The notes below the pieces were generated by a model. That model was given only the letters and a program-made list of their open reading frames with translations. It was not told the origin of the DNA and did not search any database. Positions 63,823 through 64,000 of a stretch of DNA of 64,000 nt are shown here, piece by piece; within the stretch, counting starts at the first letter, position 1; the number at the start of each line of letters is the position of its first letter. The DNA is from Haliotis cracherodii. Lineage: Eukaryota. Both the position numbers and the translations under genes were made by a program. The DNA lies in assembly GCF_022045235.1 (NCBI RefSeq), contig NW_027266270.1:25358001-25422000 (forward strand), read 5' to 3'.

Positions 63823-64000
63823 AATAATGAATGTATAGGAAATCATGAATAAAATTAAAGATTTCTAAGAATAATGCAATTTATCATGATCATTAACGAT
63901 GCTGTCGCTGTCGTTGTTGTTGAAACCAGCAAACGCTGGGGACGTCTACAAGTATACCAAGGTCGTTATCCCGTCTACCATACTACTTTAATTCGGGCGG

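Overview
Eukaryotic, intron-rich, SINE-dense animal DNA. The repeat families look molluscan, possibly abalone-like (inference). The window opens with the first four coding exons of CPSF3 (minus strand, running off the left edge), head-to-head with a complete 7-exon mitochondrial release factor gene (MTRF1L/mtRF1a type, PRT and GGQ motifs, about 523 aa). Most of the rest is a direct tandem segmental duplication (copy A about 11254-39330, copy B about 39902-59030). Each copy carries an intact 9-exon gene that the ORF track only fragments. Spliced by hand it gives a 542-aa protein with a signal peptide, two tandem degenerate PEBP/RKIP-like domains, 12 invariant mature Cys, many N-glycosylation sequons and a GPI-signal-like tail. 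The two paralogues differ at about 40 residues against about 13 synonymous codons, with the excess concentrated in the first PEBP domain. Copy B also carries an orphan copy of the last MTRF1L exon. Comparing the two copies exposes dated transposon insertions, reciprocal satellite births and a telomere-like seed at the junction. A further signal-peptide first exon starts at 61764. The very long ORFs at 24-28.7 kb come from a 30-bp intronic minisatellite and are most likely not genes.
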